Shown here: positions 30,162-40,603 of the stretch, piece by piece
Numbering within the stretch: position 1 is the stretch's first letter
How the letters are laid out: every line of letters starts with the position of its first letter
Source: an uncultured Alphaproteobacteria bacterium
GTDB taxonomy: Bacteria; Pseudomonadota; Alphaproteobacteria; Rhizobiales; Xanthobacteraceae
Assembly (NCBI GenBank): GCA_963725065.1
Contig: CAVRXD010000041.1
Coordinates: 12,185-76,184 of the forward strand
Direction: 5' to 3'
DNA: 64,000 nucleotides
Notes under the pieces: model-generated
Told to the model about the DNA's origin: nothing
Databases searched by the model: none
What the model saw: only the letters and a program-made list of their open reading frames with translations
Position numbers and translations under genes: made by a program

Positions 30162-31835
30162 TTACACCTCGAGTACGTGGACATGGCATGTGGGCTTCTT
30201 GTTCCAGGTCGCGCTGAGGGCAGCGCGGATCGCGCGCCGCACCGCCTCGCCTACGGCTTCCGGATCGCGCCGGCGCTGACGCGGCATCGACCCGAACGCC
30301 CCCATCGCCGCGTCATAGGCGATGTCCTCGATCCTGTGCCCGAGCGCGTCGGCTTCGGGAATGCCGGTGAGCGTCACCTGCGGATCGCCGATCAACTCGC
30401 CACGGTCGCTGAGCGCGAGCGCGATGGAAACCACCCCGGCAAACCCGAGCCGGCGGCGGTCGGCGACCGTTCGCTCGTCCGCCCTGACCAGGAGCGAACC
30501 ATCCTTGTAGAGCCGTCCGGCGGGTACCTCGTCGATCTTGCGGGGGCCGCCGGGCGCCAGCCGCAGCAGCTCTCCGTCGCGGCACTGGACGACCTGGCCC
30601 ACACCCGCTCGGCGCGCGAGCGCGGCATGTTCCGCCATGTGCAAGGGTTCGCCGTGGACCGGGAGGAGGATTTGCGGCCGCACCCAGCCGATCATGTCCC
30701 TGAGTTCGTCCATCCGCGGATGGCCTGAGACGTGGACGAGATGGGTGCGATCGGTGATCACCTCGATGCCTTGCGACACCAGGCCGTTGATCACCCGCAT
30801 CACCGCCTTCTCGTTACCGGGAATGGCGCGCGAGGAAAAGATCACGCGATCGCCGCGCGAGAACGCGACCTCGGGGTGATCGTCCTGGGCGATGCGCGAA
30901 AGCGCCGCGCGCGGCTCGCCCTGGCTGCCGGTGCAGAGCGCGAGGACCTTGTCCGGGGGCAAGTGGCCGTAGATATCGACCGAGCGAAAGTCCCGGATGC
31001 CGTCGAGATAGCCGGTTTCGCGCGCCACCTGAGAGATGCGCTCCATGGCGCGCCCCACCAGAACGACCTCGCGGTCGCAAGCGGCAGCGGCTTCCGCTAC
31101 CACGCGCAGCCGCGCCACGTTGGACGCGAAGGTGGTGACCGCGACCCGCGCGGGCGCGGTCCGGATCAACTCGGCAAGGCACTTTGCCACGTCGGTTTCG
31201 GAGGGGGAGCGGCCCTCGCGCACGGCGTTGGTGGAGTCTCCGATCAGCGCAAGACAGCCCTCATCGCCCAGTGCGCGCAGCTTCGCCTCGTCGGTCGGCG
31301 GGCCGATAACCGGGGTCGGATCGATCTTCCAATCGCCGGTATGCAGGACGGGCCCGAGCGGGGTGCGGATGATCAGCCCGTTCGATTCCGGAATCGAATG
31401 CGCCATCGACACGAGCTCGATGTCGAACGGGCCGAGTGTGAAGCGGCCGCCCAGCGGCACGATGTTCACCGGGATTTCAGGCGCACCGGGTTCGCTCTCA
31501 CACTTGGCCTGCAGCAGCGCGGCGGTAAACGGCGTCGCATAGATCGGGATTTTGAGCCGCGGCCAGAGGTCGATCACCGCGCCGAAATGATCCTCGTGCG
31601 CATGGGTGAGCACCAGGCCGAGGATGTCGCGGCGCTGCTCCACCAAATAGCTGATGTCCGGCAGGATGAGGTCGACACCAGGCAGCGCGTCGTCGGCGAA
31701 GGCAACGCCGAAATCGACCGCGATCCACTGGCGCCGATGCTCCTCGCCGAAACCATAGATCGCGAGATTCATGCCGATCTCGCCGACCCCGCCGAGCGGC
31801 GCAAAAACAAGTTCGTCGGATGCGCGCGCCATCAT
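30162..31835 (-). CDS. rnj: ribonuclease J (metallo-beta-lactamase / beta-CASP)
   Basis: 557-aa ORF with LVFAPLGGVGEIGMN, ...LVLTHAHEDHFGA... (HxHxDH), ...HTGDWK... and ...HVSGH... Confidence 0.88.
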   Translation of the reverse strand: MMARASDELVFAPLGGVGEIGMNLAIYGFGEEHRRQWIAVDFGVAFADDALPGVDLILPDISYLVEQRRDILGLVLTHAHEDHFGAVIDLWPRLKIPIYATPFTAALLQAKCESEPGAPEIPVNIVPLGGRFTLGPFDIELVSMAHSIPESNGLIIRTPLGPVLHTGDWKIDPTPVIGPPTDEAKLRALGDEGCLALIGDSTNAVREGRSPSETDVAKCLAELIRTAPARVAVTTFASNVARLRVVAEAAAACDREVVLVGRAMERISQVARETGYLDGIRDFRSVDIYGHLPPDKVLALCTGSQGEPRAALSRIAQDDHPEVAFSRGDRVIFSSRAIPGNEKAVMRVINGLVSQGIEVITDRTHLVHVSGHPRMDELRDMIGWVRPQILLPVHGEPLHMAEHAALARRAGVGQVVQCRDGELLRLAPGGPRKIDEVPAGRLYKDGSLLVRADERTVADRRRLGFAGVVSIALALSDRGELIGDPQVTLTGIPEADALGHRIEDIAYDAAMGAFGSMPRQRRRDPEAVGEAVRRAIRAALSATWNKKPTCHVHVLEV

Positions 31836-31844
31836 GGATTCCGA

Positions 31845-32615
31845 TCAACTCGCCTTGCCGGAGGTCGGCGCCGGCAACATGAACACGTCGCCGGCCGCGA
31901 CCGTCGTGGTCTTGCCGTCGGGCAAGCGCAGTACCAGGCTGCCGGCCTGGTCGATCGCCTCGAAGCGCCCGATCAGCTCGCAATCGGCAAGACGTACGCG
32001 GACGTCGTCACCCAACCCGGCCGCGCGCGCGAGCCAATCCGTGCGGATGGTCGAGAAGCCCTCCCCGCCGTTCCATTGCGCGACGCGTCCGATCATCTTG
32101 ACCGATAATGCACCGAACAGGGCGGCAGGCGAAACCGCCGCACCGGCGGCGGCCAGATCGGTCGCGGGATACTCCATGCCGGCGGGATGGCTCGCACAAT
32201 TGATGCCGATGCCGACCACGACCGCGCTGTTCTCGCCTTCGATCAGGATGCCTGCGAACTTGGCCCCGGTCAGCACCAGATCGTTCGGCCATTTGATCGC
32301 CAGCCGCGACTTGAGGTCGGGAGCAGCCTCCGCTACCGCGTCGTGGGCCGCGAGCGCCGCGACAAACGAAAGCTCCGGCCAGTGCTCCGGCGGTGCTGAT
32401 GCCGTAAGCAAAAGGCTCGCGTAGAGATTACCGGGCTGCGATATCCAGGTCCGGCCGCGCCGGCCGCGACCGGCGCTCTGCCGATCGGCGACCACCCAGA
32501 GCGGACCGGTCTCGCCTTGACGCGCAAGGCTCAAGGCTTCGGCGTTGGTCGAGCCGAGCACGTCGTGCGCAACAAGCCGCACGCCTGCCGCGCTCGCCCT
32601 GGCGTCCAATTTCAT
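31845..32615 (-). CDS. birA: biotin--[acetyl-CoA-carboxylase] ligase
   Basis: 256-aa ORF with ...ADRQSAGRGRRGRTW... (GRGRxGR biotin-binding loop) and ...IKWPNDLV... It lacks an N-terminal HTH domain and lies directly downstream of nuoN, as is usual in alphaproteobacteria. Confidence 0.85.
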   Translation of the reverse strand: MKLDARASAAGVRLVAHDVLGSTNAEALSLARQGETGPLWVVADRQSAGRGRRGRTWISQPGNLYASLLLTASAPPEHWPELSFVAALAAHDAVAEAAPDLKSRLAIKWPNDLVLTGAKFAGILIEGENSAVVVGIGINCASHPAGMEYPATDLAAAGAAVSPAALFGALSVKMIGRVAQWNGGEGFSTIRTDWLARAAGLGDDVRVRLADCELIGRFEAIDQAGSLVLRLPDGKTTTVAAGDVFMLPAPTSGKAS

Positions 32616-32632
32616 TCAGAATCAGGCTGCAT

Positions 32633-34084
32633 TCAGAACAACGACTTCGCCGCCGCGTTGGCCGCATCGACCAGCGGGCCTGGATAGACGAAGAACAGGA
32701 GATTGAACAGGCCGGTGACCGCCAGCACGGCCTTGAGTTCGATCGGGATGGGCTCGAACGGTTTGGCCGGTTCCTCGAAGTACATGATCTTCACGATGGT
32801 CAGATAGTAATAGGCACCCACGACGCTGGTAACGACGGCGATCACCGCGAGCGCGAACAGCCCGGCCTTGATCGCGGCCAGGAAGACGTAGAACTTCGCG
32901 AAAAAGCCGGCGAGCGGCGGAATGCCGGCGAGCGAAAACAACAGCATGGCCAGGAAGAAGGCCATCGCCGGCTTGGTGCGGGCGAGCCCGGAAAGATCGC
33001 TGATGTTCTCCACCATCTGTCCGTCGCGGCGCATCGACAGGATGCATGCGAAGGTTCCGAGCGTCATGGCGACGTAGATCGCCATGTAGATCAGCACGCC
33101 CTGCACCCCCTCCTGCGTCCCGGCGGCTAACCCCACCAGCGCAAAGCCCATGTGTCCGATGGAGGAATATGCCATCAGCCGCTTGATGTTGCGTTGGCCG
33201 ATGGCCGCGAAAGCGCCGAGCACCATCGACGCAAGAGCGACGAACACGACGATCTGCTGCCATTGGGTCACCACGCCGGGGAACGCCACGATGGTGGTGC
33301 GCACGAACATGGCCATGCCGGCGACCTTCGGCGCGGCGGCGAAGAAGGCGGTGATAGGGGTCGGGGCGCCCTCGTACACGTCGGGCGTCCACATATGGAA
33401 CGGCACCACCGAGACCTTGAAGCAGAAGCCCGCGAACAGGAAGACGAGCCCGAACACGAGTCCCAGATGTCCGGAGCTCGCACCGCCCTGGGTCGCCGCC
33501 TTCGCGATACCGGCAAAGTTCACGGTGCCGGTGAATCCGTAGACCAGCGACGCGCCGTAAAGCAGCATGCCCGAGGACAAGGCGCCGAGGACGAAATACT
33601 TGAGACCCGCCTCGGTCGACCGCACGGAATCGCGATCGATGGCGGCGACCACGTAGAGCGCGAGGCTCATCAGTTCGAGCCCGAGATAGAGCGCGATCAG
33701 ATCAGCCGCCGAGATGAGCATCATCATCCCGGTGGTGGCGAGCAGGATCAGGATCGAATATTCGAACCTCTGCTGCTTCTGGGCCGCGAGATAGTCGGTG
33801 GACATCAGGATCGCGGCCGCCGATCCGGTCAATGCCAGCAGCTTGAGGAAACGGGCGAAGTTGTCGACGACGAAGCTGTCGCCAAAGGTGACGAGCCTGC
33901 CCGCCGGCAGCCAGACGATGACGGCGCCGGTGAAGATCAGCAGCAGGATCGCCGCACCGTCGATGCTCCTGGTCGCCTGCTCGCCACGGAATGCGCCGAC
34001 CATCAGCAGCGCCATGGCGCCGAGCGCGAGCACGATTTCCGGCAGCGCCGGCAGCAGGGCGGGAATTTCGAGCGTTTCGGGCAT
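32633..34084 (-). CDS. nuoN: NADH-quinone oxidoreductase subunit N
   Basis: 483-aa polytopic antiporter-like ORF and the last gene of the nuo row. Confidence 0.92.
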   Translation of the reverse strand: MPETLEIPALLPALPEIVLALGAMALLMVGAFRGEQATRSIDGAAILLLIFTGAVIVWLPAGRLVTFGDSFVVDNFARFLKLLALTGSAAAILMSTDYLAAQKQQRFEYSILILLATTGMMMLISAADLIALYLGLELMSLALYVVAAIDRDSVRSTEAGLKYFVLGALSSGMLLYGASLVYGFTGTVNFAGIAKAATQGGASSGHLGLVFGLVFLFAGFCFKVSVVPFHMWTPDVYEGAPTPITAFFAAAPKVAGMAMFVRTTIVAFPGVVTQWQQIVVFVALASMVLGAFAAIGQRNIKRLMAYSSIGHMGFALVGLAAGTQEGVQGVLIYMAIYVAMTLGTFACILSMRRDGQMVENISDLSGLARTKPAMAFFLAMLLFSLAGIPPLAGFFAKFYVFLAAIKAGLFALAVIAVVTSVVGAYYYLTIVKIMYFEEPAKPFEPIPIELKAVLAVTGLFNLLFFVYPGPLVDAANAAAKSLF

Positions 34085-34103
34085 CGACGGATCTCGCCTC
34101 TGG

Positions 34104-35612
34104 TCAATGCGCCAGCAAGGCGGCGGCTTTCGCCGCGCCGAGCGCGCGCTCGTAGTTCTCGAGCAGTTGCGTCACCGAAGCCGCCGAGAAGTCGAGTACC
34201 GGCTTCGGGTAGATGCCGAGCAGGATAGTCAGAATGACCAACGGACCCAGCGTGATCATCTCGCGATAGTTGAGGTCCTTGATCAGTCCCAGGCTCGGCT
34301 TGGTCAGCGCGCCCAGGACGACCTTGCGGTACAGCCACAACGCGTAGGCGGCCGAAAGGATGGTGCCGATGGTCGCCAGCGTGGCCACCCAGGTATTTAC
34401 CCTGAAGGTGCCGATGAGCGCGAGGAACTCGCCGACGAAGCCCGAAGTGCCCGGCAGTCCCACATTGGCGAGCGTGAACACCAGGAACGCCGCGGCATAG
34501 AGCGGCATGCGGTTGACCAGCCCGCCGTAGGCCGCGATTTCGCGGGTATGCATGCGGTCGTAAACCACGCCCACGCACAGAAACAGTGCCGCCGACACGA
34601 TGCCGTGGGAGATCATCTGGAAGATGCCGCCCGCCACCCCCTGCGCGGTCGCGGCGAAAATGCCCATGGTGACGAAGCCCATATGCGCGACGGAGGAATA
34701 GGCGATGAGCTTCTTCATATCCTCCTGCACGAGCGCGACCAGCGAGGTGTAGATCACGGCGACGACGGAGAGCGCGAAGACGATCGGCGCGAGGTCATGC
34801 GAGGCCGCCGGGAACATCGGCAGCGAAAATCGCAAGAACCCGTAGCCGCCCATCTTCAACAGGATGGCCGCGAGGATCACCGACCCGGCGGTCGGCGCCT
34901 CGACGTGAGCGTCCGGCAGCCACGTATGGACCGGCCACATCGGGAGCTTCACTGCAAATGAAGCGAAGAACGCCAGCCATGCCCAGGTCTGCAGGCCCCG
35001 CGGAAAGCCGTGGCGCAGCAGCGCGGGAATTTCGGTCGTGCCGGCATCCCAGTACATCGCCATGATGGCGAGCAGCATCAGCACCGAGCCGAGCAGCGTG
35101 TAGAGAAAGAACTTGAAGCTGGCATAGACGCGGCGCGGGCCGCCCCAGATCCCGATGATCAGGAACATCGGAATGAGGCCGCCCTCGAAGAACAGGTAGA
35201 ACACCACGAGATCGAGCGCCGAGAAGGTGCCGATCATGAGGGTCTCGAGCACCAGGAACGCGATCATGTATTCCTTGACGCGCTGCTGGATCGGCAACCA
35301 GCTCGCGATGATGCAGACGGGCATCAGCGCGGTCGTGAGCACGACGAACGGCAGTGAGATTCCGTCGACACCCATGTAGTAGGTGATGTTGCCGGCGAGC
35401 CACGGCCGCCTCTCCACGAACTGAAACTCCGGCGAGCTCGGGTCGAACCGGTAGATCATGATCAGCGAGATCGCGAACGTGATCAGCGTCGTCCAGAGCG
35501 CGATCCAGCGCGCGTTGCGCTTTTCCGCTTCACCGTCACTGCGCAGCATCATGATGAACAGCGCGCCGACGAGCGGCAGGAAGGTGGTGACGGAGAGGAT
35601 GGGCCAGCTCAT
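34104..35612 (-). CDS. nuoM: NADH-quinone oxidoreductase subunit M
   Basis: 502-aa antiporter-like ORF (..[28 protein letters not shown]..) between nuoL and nuoN. Confidence 0.93.
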   Translation of the reverse strand: MSWPILSVTTFLPLVGALFIMMLRSDGEAEKRNARWIALWTTLITFAISLIMIYRFDPSSPEFQFVERRPWLAGNITYYMGVDGISLPFVVLTTALMPVCIIASWLPIQQRVKEYMIAFLVLETLMIGTFSALDLVVFYLFFEGGLIPMFLIIGIWGGPRRVYASFKFFLYTLLGSVLMLLAIMAMYWDAGTTEIPALLRHGFPRGLQTWAWLAFFASFAVKLPMWPVHTWLPDAHVEAPTAGSVILAAILLKMGGYGFLRFSLPMFPAASHDLAPIVFALSVVAVIYTSLVALVQEDMKKLIAYSSVAHMGFVTMGIFAATAQGVAGGIFQMISHGIVSAALFLCVGVVYDRMHTREIAAYGGLVNRMPLYAAAFLVFTLANVGLPGTSGFVGEFLALIGTFRVNTWVATLATIGTILSAAYALWLYRKVVLGALTKPSLGLIKDLNYREMITLGPLVILTILLGIYPKPVLDFSAASVTQLLENYERALGAAKAAALLAH

Positions 35613-35614
35613 GG

Positions 35615-37711
35615 TCAGCCCACCCGTCCGCCGAACATGAACCAGGTGATGAGGGCGGCGACGCCGATCAGCATGGCAAAGGCATAATGATAGAGATAGC
35701 CGGTCTGCAGCCGCACCACCCCGCGCGTCACGTCGAGCACACGCGCTGAGACGCCGTCCGGTCCCAGACCGTCGATCATCCAGCCGTCACCGTATTTCCA
35801 CAGCATCCGGCCCAGCCAGAGCGTGGGGCGAACCACCAGAAAGTCGTACAGCTCGTCGAAGTACCACTTGTTGAGCAGGAACTTGTAGAGCGGCTCCTGC
35901 TGGCGCGCGAGCTCCACCGGCAGTTCCGGCCGGCGGATATAGAACTCCCATGCGATGACGAAGCCGACCGCCATCATCACCGTCGGGGCGATGCTCGCCA
36001 GGTACGGAATGTGGTGCATGTCTTCGAGGATGTGATTGTTCGGCCCGAATTTGAGCGAATCGCGGAAGAACTCCGCGACTCCGTGGCCGACGAACAGCTC
36101 CTTGAACGGATAGCCCGCGAAGATCGCGCCGACCGCGAGAAAGCCGAGCGGTATCAGCATCACCATCGGGCTCTCGCGCGCCTCGTCATAGTGATGACGG
36201 TCGTGCGGGCTGCCGTGGAACGTCAGGAAGATCAATCGCCAGGAATAGAACGCGGTGAGCGCGGCCGCGATGACGGTCATCCCGAAGGCATAGAGCGCCA
36301 TCGGGTTGGTGCTCACATAGGCGGCTTCGATGATGGCATCCTTGGAGAAGTAGCCGGCGGTGAGCGGGAAACCGGTGAGCGCGAGGGTGCCGATCACCAT
36401 CGTCCAATAGGTGAACGGGATCTTGTCCTTCAGGCCGCCCATGTGCCGGATGTCCTGCTCGTGGTGCATCGCCAGGATCACCGAGCCCGAACCGAGGAAC
36501 AGCAATGCCTTGAAGAAGGCATGCGTGAACAGGTGGAACATCCCGACCGAATAGGCGCCGGTGCCCATGGCGACGAACATGTAGCCGAGCTGAGAGCAGG
36601 TCGAGTAGGCGATGATGCGCTTGATGTCGTTCTGCACGAGGCCAATGGTGGCGGCGAAGAACGCGGTGGTCGCGCCGATGAAAGTGACGAAGGTCTGCGC
36701 GTTCGGCGCCAGCTCGAACAGCGGCGAGAGCCGCGCCACCATGAACACGCCCGCCGTCACCATGGTGGCGGCGTGAATCAGCGCCGAGACCGGGGTCGGC
36801 CCTTCCATGGCGTCGGGAAGCCAGGTGTGCAGCAGGAACTGCGCTGATTTTCCCATCGCCCCCATGAACAGGAGCAGACAGATCAGCGTGAGCGCGTCCA
36901 CGTCCCAGGACAGGAAGTGAATGGTCTTGCCGGTGAGCGCGGGTGCCTGTGCGAAAACGGTGTCGAAGTCGACCGCGCCCGTCATCAGGAACACTGCGAA
37001 AATGCCGAGCGAAAAGCCGAAATCGCCGATGCGATTGACGACGAAGGCCTTGATGGCGGCGGCATTCGCCTCCGGCTTCTGGTACCAGAAGCCGATGAGC
37101 AGATAGCTCATCAGGCCGACGCCTTCCCAACCGAAGAACAGTTGCACGAGATTGTCCGCCGTCACCAGCATCAGCATCGCGAAGGTGAACAACGACAGAT
37201 ACGCGAAGAAGCGCGGCCGGAACGGGTCGTCCGCCATGTAGCCGATGGAATACAGGTGGACGAAGGAGGAGATGGTGGTGACGACCACCAGCATGACGAC
37301 GGTGAGCGTGTCGATGCGCAGCGCCCAATCGACCTTGAGATCGCCCGACGTCATCCAGGAAAAGATCGCCCCGTGGCTGTCGTGATGGCCGAAACCGACG
37401 TCGACGAACGCAAACCACGACAGCACCATCGAGGCGAACAGAAACACCGTGGTCACGAGCTCGGCGGCACGCGAGCCCGCGGCCGGCGGCTGCGGCGCTT
37501 CCGGCTCGCCGTGGGATGCATCGAGAACCGCATGCGGCCCGTGCGGCGCCGGAGCGGCGCGCGCATGGCTCTCGTCCACCGGCGCATGCCCGTGGCCCTC
37601 GGCGCCGGCGTCCGGCGCTCCGCCGGGAAAGCGTGCACGCGCCCCGGCGAGCGTAATGAGCGTCGCGATGATCGCGCCGAGCAGCGGCAGGAAGACGATC
37701 GCGTGATACAT
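35615..37711 (-). CDS. nuoL: NADH-quinone oxidoreductase subunit L
   Basis: 698-aa ORF (..[26 protein letters not shown]..) with a C-terminal lateral-helix region. It contains an unusual roughly 65-aa His/Pro/Ala-rich loop after TM1. Confidence 0.93.
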   Translation of the reverse strand: MYHAIVFLPLLGAIIATLITLAGARARFPGGAPDAGAEGHGHAPVDESHARAAPAPHGPHAVLDASHGEPEAPQPPAAGSRAAELVTTVFLFASMVLSWFAFVDVGFGHHDSHGAIFSWMTSGDLKVDWALRIDTLTVVMLVVVTTISSFVHLYSIGYMADDPFRPRFFAYLSLFTFAMLMLVTADNLVQLFFGWEGVGLMSYLLIGFWYQKPEANAAAIKAFVVNRIGDFGFSLGIFAVFLMTGAVDFDTVFAQAPALTGKTIHFLSWDVDALTLICLLLFMGAMGKSAQFLLHTWLPDAMEGPTPVSALIHAATMVTAGVFMVARLSPLFELAPNAQTFVTFIGATTAFFAATIGLVQNDIKRIIAYSTCSQLGYMFVAMGTGAYSVGMFHLFTHAFFKALLFLGSGSVILAMHHEQDIRHMGGLKDKIPFTYWTMVIGTLALTGFPLTAGYFSKDAIIEAAYVSTNPMALYAFGMTVIAAALTAFYSWRLIFLTFHGSPHDRHHYDEARESPMVMLIPLGFLAVGAIFAGYPFKELFVGHGVAEFFRDSLKFGPNNHILEDMHHIPYLASIAPTVMMAVGFVIAWEFYIRRPELPVELARQQEPLYKFLLNKWYFDELYDFLVVRPTLWLGRMLWKYGDGWMIDGLGPDGVSARVLDVTRGVVRLQTGYLYHYAFAMLIGVAALITWFMFGGRVG

Positions 37712-37718
37712 GCCTCTC

Positions 37719-38027
37719 TCAGCCCTTCATCAGGTTGATGTCCTCGACCGCGATCGAGCCGCGATTGCGATAGTAGGCGACCAGAATAGCGAGGCCGATG
37801 GCGGCCTCGGCGGCCGCCACGGTCAGCACCAGCAGCGCGAACACCTGGCCCACCAGGTCGCCGAGAAAGGTCGAGAAAGCGACGAGATTGATGTTGACCG
37901 CCAGCAGGATCAGCTCGATCGACATCAGAATGATGATGACGTTCTTCCGGTTGATGAAGATCCCGAAGATACCGATCGTGAACAGGATGGCAGCCACCGT
38001 GAGGTAATGGCCGAGGCCGATGGTCAT
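37719..38027 (-). CDS. nuoK: NADH-quinone oxidoreductase subunit K
   Basis: 102-aa three-[42 protein letters not shown]. Confidence 0.93.
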   Translation of the reverse strand: MTIGLGHYLTVAAILFTIGIFGIFINRKNVIIILMSIELILLAVNINLVAFSTFLGDLVGQVFALLVLTVAAAEAAIGLAILVAYYRNRGSIAVEDINLMKG

Positions 38028-38046
38028 ATCGTTCCCCTGCGAGCTT

Positions 38047-38661
38047 CTACAGGCCCTGGCCGGGCCGCACCTTGACGATGTCGATCGCCGTCGCCTTGGT
38101 GCGCGCGACCTGTTCGGCGATGTTCTGCCGCCTGACGTTGGGCTTGTGGCGCAGGGTCAACACGATGGCGCCGATCATCGCGACCAGCAGCACGACGCCC
38201 GCGGCCTGGAAGAAATAGACATACTGCGTGTACAGCACATGCCCGAGCGCCTCGGCATTGAGCATCCTGGCGATCGGCGGGATCGGCGACGTGATCGCAT
38301 GTTCCACGTCCGGGCCGATGACCCAGGTGCCCACCACCAGCACCAGCTCCGTGAGCACCATGATGCCGAGAAACGCGCCGATCGGCAGGTATTGCAGAAA
38401 GCCCTGACGCAATTCGGCGAAATCGACGTCGAGCATCATCACGACGAACAGGAACAGCACCAGGACCGCGCCGACATAGACGATGACCAGGATCATCGCC
38501 AGGAACTCGGCCCCCATGAGGATGAACAACCCGGCGGCGTTGACGAACGCGAGAATCAGGAACAGCACCGAATGCACGGGGTTCTTCGAGGCGATCACCA
38601 TGAACGCCGCGGCAATGCATACGCCGGCGAAAAGGTAGAAGAAGAGCGCAGGGAGGATCAT
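38047..38661 (-). CDS. nuoJ: NADH-quinone oxidoreductase subunit J
   Basis: 204 aa from [39 protein letters not shown]... The upstream 15 codons of the track ORF were rejected. Confidence 0.9.
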   Translation of the reverse strand: MILPALFFYLFAGVCIAAAFMVIASKNPVHSVLFLILAFVNAAGLFILMGAEFLAMILVIVYVGAVLVLFLFVVMMLDVDFAELRQGFLQYLPIGAFLGIMVLTELVLVVGTWVIGPDVEHAITSPIPPIARMLNAEALGHVLYTQYVYFFQAAGVVLLVAMIGAIVLTLRHKPNVRRQNIAEQVARTKATAIDIVKVRPGQGL

Positions 38662-38782
38662 GCGGATGTCCCCGCGAACAGGCCCACCACCCCGCGAGAC
38701 GCGCAATGCAGGTCGAAGCCACCCGAGAGCGGCGGGCGGTCCTCAGCGCGAAGCGATAGGCTGTTGTCGTGTCTCATGTCCG

Positions 38783-39271
38783 TCACCGATACGGCGCATC
38801 GAGCGCGATGTTCTTGGCGATCTCGCGCTCCCAGCGGTCGCCGTTGGCAAGCAGGCGCTCCTTGTCGAAGTAGAGCTCCTCGCGCGTCTCGGTGGCGAAC
38901 TCGAAGTTCGGGCCTTCGACGATGGCGTCCACCGGGCAGGCCTCCTGGCAAAGGCCGCAGTAGATGCATTTGACCATGTCGATGTCGTAGCGCGTGGTGC
39001 GGCGGGTGCCGTCGTTGCGGCGCGGTCCGGCCTCTATCGTGATGGCTTGCGCCGGGCAGATCGCCTCGCAGAGTTTACAGGCGATGCAGCGTTCCTCGCC
39101 GTTGGGATAGCGGCGCAATGCGTGCTCGCCGCGAAAGCGCGGCGAAATCGGCCCCTTCTCGAACGGATAGTTGAGCGTGGGCTTCGGCTTGAAGAAGTAA
39201 CGCATGGCAAGCAGGAAGCCGGATACGAACTCCTCCAGAAAAAGCGAGCGGGCGGCCCGGTCCAGCCTCAT
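38783..39271 (-). CDS. nuoI: NADH-quinone oxidoreductase subunit I
   Basis: 162-aa ORF with two 4Fe-4S motifs, [12 protein letters not shown] and [12 protein letters not shown]. Confidence 0.95.
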   Translation of the reverse strand: MRLDRAARSLFLEEFVSGFLLAMRYFFKPKPTLNYPFEKGPISPRFRGEHALRRYPNGEERCIACKLCEAICPAQAITIEAGPRRNDGTRRTTRYDIDMVKCIYCGLCQEACPVDAIVEGPNFEFATETREELYFDKERLLANGDRWEREIAKNIALDAPYR

Positions 39272-39314
39272 GGCGCAATCCTTTCGGGCAGAACATGCTG
39301 CCGCCGCATCTCGA

Positions 39315-39560
39315 TCAGCCCCCGATCATCTGGCCGAGCCAGTAGCCGAGGCCGGCCAGGACAATGATGTCGACCGCGAGCACCGCCCGGCGCAGCAAGG
39401 GAATTTCCCGTTCCAGTGCGTTGCGCTCCTCCGCGCTCGCGGAGGGATCGCGCGCCCAGAAGCTGCGCTCGGCGAATGCCATAAGGGGCCCGTAGGCCAC
39501 TGCGGCCGCCACAGTGCCCAGGACCGCTCCCAGGAGGCCGGCAAGCGACAAATCGATCAT
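39315..39560 (-). CDS. hypothetical 81-aa two-TM protein inserted between nuoH and nuoI
   Basis: The ATG lies 12 nt after the nuoH stop and the stop lies 43 nt before the nuoI start. The sequence is [29 protein letters not shown]...[21 protein letters not shown], with hydrophobic ends and a charged middle. Confidence 0.6.
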   Translation of the reverse strand: MIDLSLAGLLGAVLGTVAAAVAYGPLMAFAERSFWARDPSASAEERNALEREIPLLRRAVLAVDIIVLAGLGYWLGQMIGG

Positions 39561-39572
39561 GCCGCTCTCCCG

Positions 39573-40598
39573 TCATTTCTGCACCAGTGCCCAATATTGC
39601 AAGACGCCCGCGACGATCGCGACCATGGCGAGCGAAAGCGGCAGGAACACCTTCCAACCGAGCCGCATGAGCTGGTCGTAGCGGTAGCGCGGAACGATGG
39701 CCTTCACCATGGCGAACATGAAGAACATGAACAGGCACTTGAGCGCGAACCAGATCAATCCCGGGACCCAGATGAATGGTGCGACCGGGAACGGCGGCAG
39801 CCAGCCGCCGAGAAACAGGATGGTCGCCATCGCGCACATCGTGAGAATGGCGATGTATTCGCCGAGGAAGAACAGCAGGAACGGCGTCGCCGAATATTCC
39901 ACCGCGTAGCCCGCGACCAGCTCGGATTCGGCCTCCACCAGGTCGAAGGGCGGCCGGTTGGTTTCCGCGAGTGCCGAGATGAAGAAGATCACGAACATCG
40001 GGAACAGCGGCAGCCAATACCAATTCAACATTCCCCAGTTGCCGTCCTGCGCGTCGACGATCGCGGACAGATTGAGCGATCCCGCACATAGCAGGACGGT
40101 GATGATGACGAAGCCGATGGAGACCTCGTAGGAAACCATCTGCGCCGCCGAGCGCAGCGACGAGAGGAAGGGATACTTCGAGTTTGACGACCACCCCGCC
40201 ATGATCACGCCGTAGACCATCAGGGAGGAGATCGCGAAAATGTAGAGAACGCCGATATTGAGGTCGGCGATCACCCATTCGGCGTTCACCGGGATCACTG
40301 CCCAGGCGGAGAGCGCGAGTACGGCGGTGACGAGGGGAGCCAGCAGGAATACGCCCTTGTTGGCGCCGGCGGGTATGATCGGTTCCTTGACGATGAATTT
40401 GAGCAGATCGGCGAACGATTGCAGCAGGCCCCAGGGACCGACTACGTTGGGGCCGCGCCTGATCTGCACCGCTGCCCAGATCTTGCGATCGGCATAAAGC
40501 ACATAAGCGGTGACGATCAACAGCAGGACAAGCAAGAGCACGCTCTCCGCGACGATGATGAGCAGCGGCCAGATATAGTCCGTCCACAATTCGGCCAT
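39573..40598 (-). CDS. nuoH: NADH-quinone oxidoreductase subunit H
   Basis: 341 aa from [53 protein letters not shown].. The start lies 5 nt after the nuoG stop. Confidence 0.92.
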   Translation of the reverse strand: MAELWTDYIWPLLIIVAESVLLLVLLLIVTAYVLYADRKIWAAVQIRRGPNVVGPWGLLQSFADLLKFIVKEPIIPAGANKGVFLLAPLVTAVLALSAWAVIPVNAEWVIADLNIGVLYIFAISSLMVYGVIMAGWSSNSKYPFLSSLRSAAQMVSYEVSIGFVIITVLLCAGSLNLSAIVDAQDGNWGMLNWYWLPLFPMFVIFFISALAETNRPPFDLVEAESELVAGYAVEYSATPFLLFFLGEYIAILTMCAMATILFLGGWLPPFPVAPFIWVPGLIWFALKCLFMFFMFAMVKAIVPRYRYDQLMRLGWKVFLPLSLAMVAIVAGVLQYWALVQK

Positions 40599-40603
40599 CT
40601 CGG

